64,000 nucleotides of DNA from Blastocladiella emersonii ATCC 22665 (taxonomy: Eukaryota > Fungi > Blastocladiomycota), in the NCBI GenBank assembly GCA_025594325.1, contig JANHCV010000003.1:1-64000 (forward strand), given 5' to 3'. Both the position numbers and the translations under genes were made by a program. Below the pieces are notes generated by a model that saw only the letters and a program-made list of their open reading frames with translations, was not told where the DNA came from and did not search any database. The first letter of the stretch is position 1. The number at the start of each line of letters is the position of its first letter. This document shows, piece after piece, positions 11,827 to 24,281 of this stretch.

Positions 11827-14800
11827 CTATCTCCGATGCGGGGCAGTGGGCGGAACGCCCTGCACCGCCGCGGCGCCGTGGTGCATCATCATCGGCGGCG
11901 GCGGCGGGACCGGGCGTCGCGCGAACCGCGCCGCCGGGTTGATGCCGTGCTTGGGCGGATGGCCGTAGGCCGCCCCCGACGCCGCCGCGAGCTGCCGCTG
12001 CATCTGCGCCTGGTGGAGCGCGTCCGCGTGCGCGAGCTGGTGGTGGTGCGGCGAGTACTGCTGCTGGTACTGGGCCGGGGCCGGGTACACTGCCGGGTAG
12101 TCGCGATCGGCGGCGCCCACCACGGACGCGTGCCCCGGCGGCAGCGGCACGGCCGATGGCGGGTAGCCGCCGTAGGCGTCGGGCGTGTCGCGGGCGTAGT
12201 TGGGCGCGTACCCAGCATGCCCGCGCGCTCTTGTGGCCGCGGCGTGGACGGGGTACTGCGGCGCTACGGGCGGGGACACGTCGTCGGCGGGGTGATGCAG
12301 GGTGCCCACTCCAGGCGGAGTCAGCGCCGGCGGGGCGCGGCTGAGGCCGAGCGAGCCGTACGCGGCGGGACCGTTGGACGGGCCGCCGCTGGGGTACCGC
12401 AACCACTGCTGCAGGTAGGCGGCCGACGGCGCAGGCGGCGCGCGAACCGACGACGACGACGAGTCCCAGTGGTCGCGCGCCGCGAGCGCGGACTGACCGT
12501 GCTCGCCGCCGTAGGGGGCAGCACCGTGGCCGTCAGCGACCGACAGGTGCCGCGCGTGGACCTGGTGCGCCTGCTGCTGGTGGTGGTAGTACTCGTCAGG
12601 GTGCGCGTGCCGCATCCGGGGCGGCAGCGGGTCGTAGTGGGCGCGGTGATGCACGCCGGCCTCGCTGCTGCCGAACCCCTGCCCCGCCGGCGCGTGCGCG
12701 CGCTCGGGCATGTCCGGGTAGAAGCCGTGAGCCGAGTACACGGGCGCGCGGCCGGCGGGGTCAGCGGGCGCAGCCGGGCCGAGGTGCGTGTCCTGCATGG
12801 GCGGCGACAGGCCCGACGCGTTGACGGCCTCGGCGGCCGCGTCGGACGAGCTCTCAGACGCGCGACGGATCTCGTCCTGCTGCTGCTGCTGCTCGGCGGC
12901 GGCGACCGTGGTGGCGACGTGCGCGAGCATCTCCATGCCGTGGCGCGCGCGCTTGGCGGCGACCGCGGCGGCGGCGGCTGAGTGGCTGCTGCCGGCGGTG
13001 CGGTCGCTGTATTCGCTGCGCGCGTCGTCACCGTCGCGCGGCCGCGGCCGCTTGGCGGGGCGCGATGCGGGCGGGGCGGGCGGGTACGGCATGGCGGCGG
13101 GGTGGTGATGTGGCGGGTAGACCGCCTGCTGGTGCAGCGGCTGCTCGGGGTACTGGTGGTACTCGGTGCCAGGCCCAGCTGGACCGGTGCCCGACGACAC
13201 GCGGTGGTGGCGCATGCGGAGGGACATGGGGACCTGCGGCGGGCCGAGCGAGGCCGTGGACGCGAGGTCGTCGATGCTGGCGACCTCGCTCGCGGCGGCC
13301 GACGAGCCGGCGGCAGGCCAGCGCGGATCGGACACGGGCGCGTGCGCGTCGGCGCGGCGCGGGTATGGGCGGTACGGGTCGTGCGCGACGCCGGGCGGGT
13401 ATGGTGCGGGCGGCGAGTTGCTGCGGATCGAGCCGGGCGACGGGCGGTAGTGCGAGGAAGGGTATGCGTGGGTAGGTGGGCGCATGTAGGGACCGTGCGG
13501 GCCCGTGACGGGGCGGCGGTCCGCGGCGACGGGGCCGCCCACGGACGCGTTGGACGAGAGCGGCGTTGTGCCGCGGATGCTGGGCACGCGGTAGCCGTGG
13601 TGCGGGTGGTGCGAGTGCTGCGGGTGGTGGTACGCGACGCCCGCCGCGGTGGCCGACAGGTCAATGGCCGAGTCGGAGCTGATGCGGGTGGTGCCGCTGT
13701 AGGCGCTGCTGCTGGCGAGGCTGGCGTCGGGCGAGACCTGGTTGAGGTGGCCCGCGACGGCGGCGGGGTGCGCAGGCGGCGGCTGGTGGCCGTAGTAGGC
13801 GTGGCCCGCGTCGTACATGGCCACGTGCGGATCGGGCGCGTAGGCGGGGCCGGTAGGCAGCGCCGGGACGGGGGCGCCGGCAGCGGGCGCAGCGGCGATG
13901 GCGTGGTCGCGCACGGCCTCGCGGCTGTTGGTGATCATGAGCGGGGTCGAGTCGAGGCCCGTGAGGTAGAAGCCGGGCTCGACGTGGAGCGAGGCGAACT
14001 GCGGGAGCATCGAGGGCCGCTGCAGCAGGCCGTCCTTGACGTCGCGCTCGAGGTAGTAGGCGACGAGGTGGAACTTTTCGCCGCGGCGGGTGCGGACCGA
14101 GATGGTCTTCTTGCGGAAGTACTCGCGGTCGGTCGGGTCGCCCGTCGTGAGGGCAGCGAGCGAGTCCTCGGGGGCGGCGGCAGCAGGGGCCGCGGCGGTA
14201 GACGAGGCGGCATCGCTGTCGGCGGGCGCGGGGCCGTCAGGGGCCGACTCGTCGGAGGTTGAGGCGGGAGCAGCAGCAGCGGCAGCGGGCGCGGCGCGAG
14301 TGCGCTGGCGGGCGGCGTAGACGAGCTTCTTGGAGCTGGGCAGTTCCTGTAGAGGGGAGGAGCAGGTGCGCGTGAGTGAGATTTCGACAGGGGTCGAGGG
14401 AGGCGGCGAGGGAAGCGGGCGAGGCAAAAGCGAGGCAAAAGCGAGGCGCGCGTGCAATCGGGGGGAGACGGGCGCGGGTCCGGACCGCGCGTGGCTTGCC
14501 GCGCGGCGCCACGCGGGCCCGATTTCGCGCGGCGACCCGAAGCAGTGGCCGGCTGCACTACGCCCGGCCGCCAACCACCACCCCGCCGCCGTAAATAATA
14601 GGAATGAGCGCGTACCTTGTACAGGAAGAAGCGGCCCTTCATGCGCGAGTTGGACCAGTACCGCCCGTCCGTCCATCGCTTGATGTTGGCCTAGAGCGCG
14701 CCGCGGGTCAGTCTGCCGTCGAAACACCCACCATTCTGCGAATTCGAACCAACCTCGCTCTCTAAAAACACAAATGTCGATCCGCTCCTTATCAAACTTT

Positions 14801-15283
14801 GCTCCATGTCCGATAGGCGATGATATATGCGCGGGGCGAGGCGGCGGCGGACGGCCTCGATGAGGAGCAGCGCGTCGTCTAGTTTGGAGGCGATCGGACG
14901 GGTCAGTCACCCAGCACACTCGGCGACACTTAGCAGCACGCCACGGGCATCAGCAGGGAAGGTATGGTGCGTAGGGCGAGGGCAGGGAGGGTACGGGGTG
15001 GTGGGTGTTGTGGGAGATGGCGGTGGCCGCGCGGTGGCCGCGCGGTGGCCACGGCGAGACGCGTGCGGCCGCCATCGCCTCCCCCGTCCCCCGCTCGGCG
15101 TGAGGGATCGCTGCCACCCCAACCATGGCATTCGCCATGATCAACACACGGCGCGTGTCGTGCGCGTCACGGTCCGAGGGCAGCGGGGTCGTCGTCGGCG
15201 AGGCAGCACAGAGAACACGCACCAATGGTCTGGATCGAGCCGTGGAACGCCTCGCTCGCGTACAGGTTCGCGTTCGGGTCCAT
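11827..15283 (-). CDS. Gti1/Pac2 (WOPR) family transcription factor with long His/Pro-rich C-terminus, 4 exons
   Basis: Spliced N-terminus MDPNANLYASEAFHGSIQTI|DDALLLIEAVRRR...LIRSGSTFVFLESE|ANIKRWTDGRYWSNSRMKGRFFLYK|ELP (introns 15222-14879, 14753-14691, 14615-14347), plus WOPRb box RKKTISV...FHLVAYYLERDVKDGLLQRPS. Confidence 0.92.
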
Positions 15284-15301
15284 GGTGTCGCTGCGTGCGG
15301 G

Positions 15302-15341
15302 CGGGTGCTTGCGGACGGGTGCTTGCGGACGGGTGCTTGCG
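15302..15341 (+). repeat. 14-bp tandem repeat (CGGGTGCTTGCGGA) x about 3, just upstream of the WOPR start codon
   Basis: Read directly from the sequence. Confidence 0.85.
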
Positions 15342-15508
15342 AGAGGTGGCGTTGGTGCGTCGAGGCAGCGGGAGGGAGGAGATGAGGGTGACTTGGATGC
15401 GGGGGCGGGCTGGGGGGAGCGAGAGCAGGAGCCGTCCGGGTGCACCGGAGTGTGGTGGAGGCTGGGACGCGGGCGGGCGGTCGGGGAGCGCGAGGGCAGC
15501 GCACAGCA

Positions 15509-15554
15509 GGCGGCGGGCGCGGCGGCGGGCGCGGCGGCGGGCGCGGCGGCGGGC
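15509..15554 (+). repeat. 12-bp tandem repeat (GGCGGCGGGCGC) x about 4 in the WOPR 5' region
   Basis: Read directly from the sequence. Confidence 0.85.
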
Positions 15555-16453
15555 GGGCCGTGAGGTCGGGAGGCGAGGCGCGCGAAACCGATCGCGGGCG
15601 CCGCGGCCGCCAACGGGGAAGGGGAAAAAAGAAAACCGGCCGCCTTGTTTTCGCTCGCCTGCTGCGCGCCAGCCCCACGCTGGCAGCGCTGATGCCAGCG
15701 CTCCGGGTGCACGCACGCACGCACACGCACGCACCCATGCTCGGCGCGGGCGACGGCGCCGCGCGGGAGAGGCGCGCGTCGGCGTGGGAGACGGGAGACG
15801 CCAGGCGCGTGCGTGTTCGCGACGCGACCGCGATCACCCCCGCCGTCCCCCCGCCGCGGCCGCACAAGTGCCCCCACACAGCAGGGATCGCGGCCGTGTG
15901 CATCGCGCGCGCGTGCCCGCTGGTCTGATCCGCCTCGCGCCGCTCGCGATGGCGGCGACGGCGCGTCGCTCAGGCGCTGGCGCACGCTCACCCACGTCGA
16001 GCGAGCGCGCAGTCCACGCGGTGCCGCCGCCACCGGGCGCGATCCCACCGCTCTGGCATCAGGCATCGCGGTCTTGATCGATCGACGCGCTGCATCGCTG
16101 CCGCCGCCGAGGGGTCGCCGGGCACCGACCATCGCGCGTTGCTGTGCGAGCGCCCGATCATGGCGGCCGGCCGCGCCGCGGAAGCTTCGAGCCTCGGTCA
16201 CGTGCGCGTTCCCATGATTAGCCGCTCCCTTTCCCGCCCGCGATGCAGCTCGCGACGCACGCGACGCGTTGCTCTTGTCGCGCCGCTCCTCCCACGGCTC
16301 GCGGTATCGTCGATACGGTCCCAGGCAGCGAGGCAGCAATTAGGAGACGTGTAGTGCAATTCGGGAAACAGAGCAACATCAAAAACGGGAGTCTGGGAGA
16401 CATGGGTTTGAGCGGGACGGGCGGGAGGCGGGCATCGCGCCTGATCATCATCA

Positions 16454-19148
16454 TCACTGGCGCGCGGCCGCCGCTGCCGCCTGCTTCTGCCGCTTGCGCT
16501 CGTCCTTGCGCGCCTGCTTGGCCGCCTTCTTGGCCGCCTTGTCAGGCCTTGGGCCCTCGCCCTCGCCCTCGCCGTGCTTGTCCTTCTTGCGGAACAGCGA
16601 CCCGAACAGACCCGCCTTTTTCCGCCCCATGGTCGCCGTGTCCGCGCCGTACGCGCTGTCCGCCGCGCTGTTGACCGCCACCACGGGCTCGGCCGCCAGC
16701 GGCGACAGCGGCGCGCGGCCCTTGCCCTTGTCCTTGTCCTTGCGCCCGCCGCCGAGGTTGTCAAACGACATGGACAGGCGCCGGAACAGCGACGGCTTCT
16801 TGGCCCGCGCCTCGCCGTGCCCGTCGTGCGCGAGCGGCGACGACCGCCCGAGCGTCTGCGTCGACGACAGCACCGGCGACCCGTCGCGCAGGTTGGGCAG
16901 CGACCGCGCCCCCTGCAGCTGGTGCAGCGAACCGCCCGCCGCAAACTCGGCCTGCGCCCGCTCCAGCGTCGTCGACGTCAGCGGACCCAGGTTGGGCGAC
17001 GACGCATTCACCAGCGTCGTAGCCACGGCCGGCGGCGGCGGAGGCGGCAGCTCGTACACGAACCGCTGCATCGACGGCGACGCCGCGCTCGGCGGCAGGT
17101 ACCGCATCGGCTCCGACTCGTGCGTCGGCTCGGGCTCGGGCTCGGGCTCGCGGAACGCGTGCTGCACCTGCACCTGCTCGTCCTCGACCACGGCGTCGTA
17201 CTCGAGGTGGTCGACGGCGGGCGTGACCGGGGACACGGGCGTGACGGGGGTCACCTCGGCCGACTCGGCCGCCGCCGCCCACAGCGCCGCCGCGTCGTCG
17301 CCGCGCGGGATCGTGATCACGGGCACCCGCGGCGAGTCCACCTCGTGCACCGTCATCCGCGACAGCGAGCTCTGCGGCGACAGGCTCGCGTGCACCTCGG
17401 CAATCACCGGCTTCACGTCCTCGGGCAGGATCGCCGCCGCCGCCGGCTCGCGCGAGATGGGCACTAGGTCGTGCACCGCCGGCGCGTCCTCGGTGGTCGC
17501 GGCCGCAGGGGTCTCGGCGATCGGGATCGGGGTCGAGTCGACGGCGGGCGCCTGCGTGTCCACGACGAGCGGCGGGGACAGGATCGGGCTCGTCGCGTCG
17601 AGCTCGGCACCGCTGCTCACCGGGGACTCGATGACGGCGGTCTCCTGGGTGACGGGCTCAGGCTCGGTGGCGGGGATCTCGGCGAGCGAGGTGGGGATGT
17701 CGGAGACAGCAGCCTCAACGGCCGACTCGACGACGGGGGTGGGAGCATCAACGACAGGTTCAGCGGCGAGGGTCTCAAGGACGGCGACCTCGACGGCGGG
17801 TTCCGTGATCGGAATCTCGGCGGCAGTCTCCTCCTGCACCGGCCCAGGGGCGGGCGTGGCCTCGAGCTCCGGCGCGGGAGCAGCCGGCTCGGACGACGCG
17901 GACACGTCGACGGCGGCAGGGGCGGGAGCGGACGCCGGCTCGGCCTCGGGCGCCGAGGGCTCAGCGGGAGCGACCACCTCGTCCTCCTCGTCCTCGTCGT
18001 CGACAATGGCCTCGGCGACGGGCGAGAGGGCGTCGGGGTGGGCCTCGTGGAAGCGCGCGTCAATCTCCATGGCCTCCTCGTCCGACACCTCGGCGATGCG
18101 GTCGTCGCCGACCACCTCGGCCTCGGTTCCGAGCGTAGCGGCGAGGTCCTCCTCCGAGTCGGACGGCGCAAACTCCATGAGCCACACGTGCTCCTCGTCC
18201 TTGTCGGTGAGGTCAAACGGGCACGTCGCCTGCGACTGGCGGTCCGTGGCCGACGACTCGTCCTCGTCGACGTCGCTGCCGTTGGCCGAGTCGGTCGTCG
18301 ATGCGCGCTCGTGCGGGGCAGCGGAGGCGGCAGCCGAAGCGGCGGCGGCGGCGCGCTTGGCCTCGGCCGTGGCCGCGTCGGTGACGAGCATCTCCTTGCG
18401 CATGGTCAGCAGCTTGGTCGCCGACACGTAGTCGACGAGGACGTGCGGCGCGTCCATGGGCATCGACGTCTTGGGCACCGCCCGTAACGTGAAGGTCGGC
18501 ATCGACCCGGTGCCCGCATTCGGCTGCAGCATGAGCTCTACACACACGCGCGCAGCGGTCAGTTCGAGGCTCTCTCGCGGCAACAACACAGAGAGAGAAC
18601 ATACCAATCGACGTCTGCAGCTTGTTCGTCGCGAGCGACGACGGGAGGTAGAGGCGGATCATGTTGGGTCCGGTCGGGAACACGGGCTTCGCGGCGGACG
18701 CGGTGCGCGCGTGCGAGGGCGTGGGCGTCGGCTCCGGGGCGGGCGAGGGCTGCGGTGGCTCAGCGGGCGCGGCGGCGCGGTCCACGGGGTCCGAGGAAGT
18801 GGAGCTGGCGGCGGTCGCCGATGTGGAAGGGAGCGATACGGCTGGGACGGGAAGGTGCTGCTGGGCCGCGGTCTCCGGGGACAGCGTCTCCTTCTCCTTC
18901 TGCTCGGGCGCGGGCTCGTAGGCCGGAGGTGTATCGGTGGACGTCTCGACGGGCGTCTCGTTGCGGCTGCTGCTGTTGCGCTGCTTGGGAGAGCGAGGGC
19001 CCCCACTTGCCGTGGCCTCGCCGACCTCGGCCGCCGGCGCACCGGCAGCGGGGGACGACGCCGGCCCGGTCAAACTCTGCGGCCGGTCGCGGCGCAGCGT
19101 GCTCGCGCGGCGGCTGTTCCGGTTGGCCGACTTCTTCTTGCCGCCCAT
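16454..19148 (-). CDS. Hypothetical acidic Ala/Pro/Glu-rich protein with a small globular segment, 2 exons
   Basis: MGGKKKSANR... joined by intron 18604-18538 (GTATGT...TAG) to the long ORF ending at 16454; host-like codon usage; Lys-rich C-terminus. Confidence 0.7.
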
Positions 19149-19939
19149 GGTGGCTGCGTGTGCGTGCGGGAAAAGCTTGTTCCGCGGAACAGGTCGGGGC
19201 TGCACGGCAGTGAGCGGGCAAGGTGCGCGGGTGTCTGGCTCGCAGCTCCGGCAGGACGGCCTTCGAGCGGGAGACTGGCGGTCTGGTGCAGGAGGAAGGG
19301 GGAGAGGAGAGAGAGGCGACCAGGATTGTGAGCGTCGTGACGCCCCGCAGCGTCACTATGAGGCGGCCTTGCGCCACGCATCTGCGCCACGGACGCGCCC
19401 GACTCGACAACTTCTCCTCCGTGCGGGGGAAGACGCGAGCGATATGGAATGAAACTACTTAATGCAATTGGTCTCTAGAGTTGTTTCCTTGCGGAAGAAA
19501 CTGTTGCGTTTGTCGGGTGACCGTCGCCAGCGGTCCTCCCGCTTGAACGACACGAGAGCAGCCTCGACGTGAGAGAACTCTTCACTGAAGCTGTGTCGCA
19601 CTTTTGATCTGTCGCCCGAGCATGGTTAGGCAGCTCGTGTCCATGAGCTGTCGTATCCGTTCGGCATACGAACCCGTACTTGACGGATTCACCCAACGAG
19701 CGACCAGGGTGCTTGATTTGTCCGTATCGGATCACACCCCTTGTACGCGACCTTGCTGTCTGATGCTCGGAGCCGCCCGCTCCTGCACAGCGACTGCGAA
19801 CCACTTGCGTCACAGACGTCAGTTCCCGGCGATACGTGGCGCTTGTGCTTGCGTCGGACGCGTATTTAAATCAAGTCGTGTACACTCGCAACTGGAGCAG
19901 TACCAGCGCATCACGGCCGCAAAGCCGTTTGCATGTTTG

Positions 19940-21420
19940 TCCTAGAGCCTCGGCCCTGTTGCACGTCGACTTGGTCACGACCAACAGCCTCGGTTACCCG
20001 CGCATCAAACACCCGCGCGTCTCTTCGCGTCGGCAGTCTTGTGCTCCCCTTCATCAGCTCGTTCACCGAGATCATCTCGCCGGTGGACACCTGCCCGCTC
20101 GAGGTCACGTCGCTTACCATCACGGCCTCGGCTCCGTACCTCTGCACCCTCACCATCGACTAATGCGCGCGCCCGGACGTCTCGGTGGCAGCGTTGCCGT
20201 CGACTCGCTTCAATTCTCGGTCGCAACAGGCGCTCCGGTCACTCGCACGCTGCTCATCAACTACTGGGCGAATGGCGATGGTAAATGCCCTCAAGCGTTT
20301 GTCTTTTACGGGCCAACCTCAAACTCTATCACCTCAATCGAGATCGGTGTCAACTCGCAAATTACATCGACCACGTCCACTACGGCGACGTCTACCTCAG
20401 CTTCGACCTCGACCACGACGACGACGTCTAGCTCAACTTCAACGTCGACCTCGACCTCGACGACTTCCACGACCAGGTCATCCACCACGTCCACCACCAG
20501 CACCTCGACGCCTATGACCACCACGACCACCAGTACTTCCTCGACGTCGTCTACCACCACTTCTACTTCTGCGCCGACTACTTCCTCGACTAGTACCAGC
20601 ACGAGCACCAGTACCACCATTTGACCGAGCACGACCACTACGACCACGACCACCTCGACGTCCAGTGCCCTCAGCACGCCAACCACCTCGCCCGCTGGCC
20701 GGTGCATCATCGCCAACCCGAGCAACATGCAGTGCTCGGCGCTCAAGGTGTGCCCGAACGGCCTGTGCTGCTCCGAGTACCGTTGATGCGGTTCGACGAC
20801 CGCGTACTGCGCCGCGGGCTGCCTGCGCCAGTGCGACAAGAAGGCGATCCCCGGTCTTTCGGTCTGCGGTTCCGCGCCTGCTCCTACCGGGCCAAATTCG
20901 ACGTCGGACCCGCTCGGTCGCTGCGTGATCCCCGTTGGAACGTCGCAGTGCTCGAAGTTGAAGCGTACTCGATTGGGAGAAAGCTCGGCACGATGGACGT
21001 GCGATCTTGGCGGAGATGAAGATCGAGGCGGTGAAGAGGTTCACAAGAGGGGACGGTGAAGAGGTTCACAAGAGGACAACGGGCTGTATGTGGTGGCTAA
21101 TACTAGCAACTGGTCGAAGGAACAAGAGAGAGAGGGGATGCGGAGGCGCGTCGTCCGATGTGAGCGGGCCGACGCGTCGCTCGGTGAGGTGAGGCGGTCC
21201 GCGGCGATGACAAAGGAGATCGGCGCGGTGCGCGTGACGCGCGTGATGCGGGCGGGGTCGCACGCGTCCGGTGACTGTGGCGCAACGCGGTCACGTGTAC
21301 TTGAACTCTCGACGACGCAGCTCTGCCCCGCGGCATGTGCTGCTCGCAGTTCGCGTGGTGCGGCACGATGGCCCGGTACTGCGGCGCCGGCTGCGTTGGC
21401 CAGTGTGACCAGAAGCCCGT
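19940..21420 (+). pseudogene. Decayed Ser/Thr-rich protein gene with two hevein/CBM18 chitin-binding modules
   Basis: Poly-Thr/Ser linker, then CPNGLCCSEYR*CGSTTAYCAAGCLRQC (about 20751-20845) and [27 protein letters not shown] (about 21324-21410, 1-nt frameshift after CP). In-frame TGA at 20622 and 20784. Confidence 0.8.
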
Positions 21421-22053
21421 CCTCGGTCTCCCCACCTGCAAAATCTGATCGTCGCACTTGAGCGACATCTCGTATATTCGCATCGTCTCTGATTGTCTGG
21501 CCCTGGTGTTCTTCCACAGCAACGCGCGCGCCAGAAGCGATTTTTCTTGTCACTATGTTCATCCACTTGTTCTTAAGTTGTCTATTCGATTTACACTGAT
21601 GTTTTGCTGATCATTTTCGTCCTCTGTGATGGCTGGTCTGAGAGGAGGTGCCTCACGCGGTCCCGCGACAGTCGCGAGACGCGTCCCGCAGCGCTCACGT
21701 GATATTGGAACGCGTCCTCGCTCGCTTCCTTTCCTCCAGCGTCCCGCGCTCCCAGCCAGATCGATCGACGCAGCCAGATCGATCGACGGGTGTGGCGGAG
21801 TTTGCTCTAGTATGCGACCTCCCTGCTAGTCGTGATATCTGCCGGCTTCCATGAAGCGTTGGACCTGACGAACGAGTGTGATCTTCAGCCTGACTGACGA
21901 CGCGAACACACCACGACAGCGCCTGCGAGACCAACTGAGGGGATGCATAACCAATGTGTGGGAGTGTATCATATCAAAAAGGAACAGAACAGAACAGAGC
22001 GAGAAGGCAAACGCACGCGGAGGTTGAGCGTCGCGCAGGGGCACACGCGAGGA

Positions 22054-23904
22054 TTACGTGTACATGTTGACGAAAGCGGCGTCGGGGTAGGTCTGGCGCA
22101 GCTGCTCCCAGAGCTCGGGCTTGGTGGCGCGGAGGGCGGCGGGGTCCTCGGCGATGCACACGAAGATGGTGGCCACGGCCGAGTCGATGACGCCGGCGAT
22201 GAGCGAGAACATGACGACGCCGATGAGGAAGGCCAGGATGAGGACGATGATCATGGTCACGTCCACGGCGTTGGCCGAAGACGACGAGCTCGACGAGGCG
22301 GCCTCGCCGATCGCGTACACGATCCACGTCACGAGGACCGTGAGCCCACCAATGAGCAGCGAGCCCCAGCCGAGCACGTTGCCGATCAGGTCGTCGTTGA
22401 TGAGGGCGTCGACGCCGCGGTCCTTGATCATGGTCCACGTGTCCTTGGCCGCGCGGCAGAAGTCCTTGCCGTAGATGGCGACCTGGGTGAAGGCGTACTT
22501 GTTGAAGTACTCGGCAATCGACTCGATGTAGGCGAGCAGGCACTCGATGCAGCACGCGACGAAGGCGCCAATGGCCGAGTCCGAGTCCTGGGCCATCTGG
22601 CGGGCGAGGGCGCGGGCCGTCTGGATCAGGGCGATGATGAGCGAGCCAAAGCAGATGGAGCCGAACGAGGTGGTCATGGACCGCTTGAAGGCGCCGACGG
22701 TCGGGTTGGCGGGCATGCCCGAGAAGTTGCTGCCGGCCATGAAGTAGTAGGCGGCAGCGACGCCGGCGACGGTGGTGTGGAGCACGTTCTTGATGACCTG
22801 CGAGGTCCAGTAGAATGAGAAGAGCAGGAACAGGCCAATAGCGTAGGCGGCGGGGTTGACGGTCGAGGTGGTGGTGGTGCGGCCGTTGACGGTGGTGGTG
22901 GAGCGGCTCTTGGCCTGGCCAAAGTACATGGTGCTGCACACGACGGTCACAGCGTAGAAGATGACGTAGGCGAGGTTGAAGAGGAGGCCGAGGACACCGG
23001 CCCACAGCGTGCCCGTGTAGCGCGCGGTCAGGTCCGAGACGGTCGACATGATGAGGGCGGCGAACGGCATGCGGGACTTGTAGCCCTGGTACGCCCAGAT
23101 GTAGAGACCGGCGATGATGAGGCACATGACGCCGCCGACGATGCTCTTGCCCACGAGGATGGCGGCAATGCCCGCGACGATGAAATAGGCAATGGAGAGC
23201 CAAAACGTCGCAATTAGCAATTTGACGGGGTACTTGCGCATCGCCATGAGGTACATGCCCGAAAGGGCAAAGGCGACGACGGCCGAGGCGACCATGGAGG
23301 TGATGGCGGCGGTGCCAAAGTCGACGGTGGCGGTCGGGCCGGTGGTCGAGGACGAGGACGAGGTGCGGCCGTTACTGGTGGACGACGAGTTGGTGGTAGT
23401 GGTGGTCGAGGGCGGGGCATCCTTGAGGCGCATGGTCTTGAAGTCGACCTTGGGGATCGAGACGGCGGCGATGGCGAGCATGCCGGCAAACTGGGCGATG
23501 AAGAGCAGCGCGGCCCACAAGTCCTGGGCGCCCTCGGGCGGCTGGAAGCGGTTGGAGGCATCGGGCGAGGCCACGATGGTCGCCGAGGGACCGTCACCAC
23601 CGTAGCCGGGCGGCGGGGGCGCCGTGGACGCGGAGGCGCCGCCGTAGCCCGTGTTGCCCGTGTAGTCGGACTTGACGTAGCCGCCGGGGGCGTTGAGCGG
23701 CTCCTGCGACGAGTTGGTCGGGTAGGGCTGGTACGGCTGCTGCGGGGGCGGGTACTGGCCCTGCGGCGGGTAGGCGGGCTGCTGCTGGGGCGGCGGGTAC
23801 TGGCCCTGCGGCGGGTACTGGCCCTGGGGCGGGTACTGCTGGGGCGGCGGATACTGGGCCTGCGGCGGGTAGGCCGCGGGCTGCTGCTGCTGCGGGTACG
23901 ACAT
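22054..23904 (-). CDS. PNS1: PNS1 / CTL (SLC44) choline-transporter-like membrane protein
   Basis: YPPQGQY-repeat N-terminus; DLWAALLF, FYWTSQVIKNVLHTTVAG, SFGSICFGSL, FNKYAFTQVAIYGKDFCRAAKDTW, ALINDDL motifs. Confidence 0.9.
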   Translation of the reverse strand: MSYPQQQQPAAYPPQAQYPPPQQYPPQGQYPPQGQYPPPQQQPAYPPQGQYPPPQQPYQPYPTNSSQEPLNAPGGYVKSDYTGNTGYGGASASTAPPPPGYGGDGPSATIVASPDASNRFQPPEGAQDLWAALLFIAQFAGMLAIAAVSIPKVDFKTMRLKDAPPSTTTTTNSSSTSNGRTSSSSSTTGPTATVDFGTAAITSMVASAVVAFALSGMYLMAMRKYPVKLLIATFWLSIAYFIVAGIAAILVGKSIVGGVMCLIIAGLYIWAYQGYKSRMPFAALIMSTVSDLTARYTGTLWAGVLGLLFNLAYVIFYAVTVVCSTMYFGQAKSRSTTTVNGRTTTTSTVNPAAYAIGLFLLFSFYWTSQVIKNVLHTTVAGVAAAYYFMAGSNFSGMPANPTVGAFKRSMTTSFGSICFGSLIIALIQTARALARQMAQDSDSAIGAFVACCIECLLAYIESIAEYFNKYAFTQVAIYGKDFCRAAKDTWTMIKDRGVDALINDDLIGNVLGWGSLLIGGLTVLVTWIVYAIGEAASSSSSSSANAVDVTMIIVLILAFLIGVVMFSLIAGVIDSAVATIFVCIAEDPAALRATKPELWEQLRQTYPDAAFVNMYT

Positions 23905-24281
23905 GGTGTCGGGCGGGTTGCGCAGGTGGTGCGTGGTGCTGGATGGACGGAGGAGCGAGTGCAGCAAGTTGGGGTGTGCCGTGCGAGGGCAGATGCGTAG
24001 GTTCGATGCGTGCGAGGGGAGAAGGGACGGTGGCGAGGCGCAAAGCGCGGGAAAGACCCGCGGCGGCGAAGTGTGCGGTGGCTGGGGCGGCTCCCGTCTT
24101 GGCCGGCTTCCTGGCCACGGCCATGACGGCGCGCCGCCCGACCGAATCGTCTTTCGAGAAGCCGCACGTGGGCCGGCTCAGCAGGCCGGGCTTCCTCAAG
24201 CGTGTCGGGCGCGATGGTCAAGCGATAGACGGGGACATGTATCACGAGGAATGAACACACACACAACATGACGAAAACACC

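Noticed and set aside
20784-20786. TGA at a conserved Trp position as evidence for a UGA=Trp genetic code
   Set aside because: Intact genes here use TGG for Trp and several end in TGA; the locus also has frameshifts, so it is a pseudogene.
21030-21800. Short direct repeats (GAAGAGGTTCACAAGAGG x2; CCAGATCGATCGACG x2)
   Set aside because: Only two adjacent copies each, with no spacer array or cas genes: local slippage, not CRISPR.
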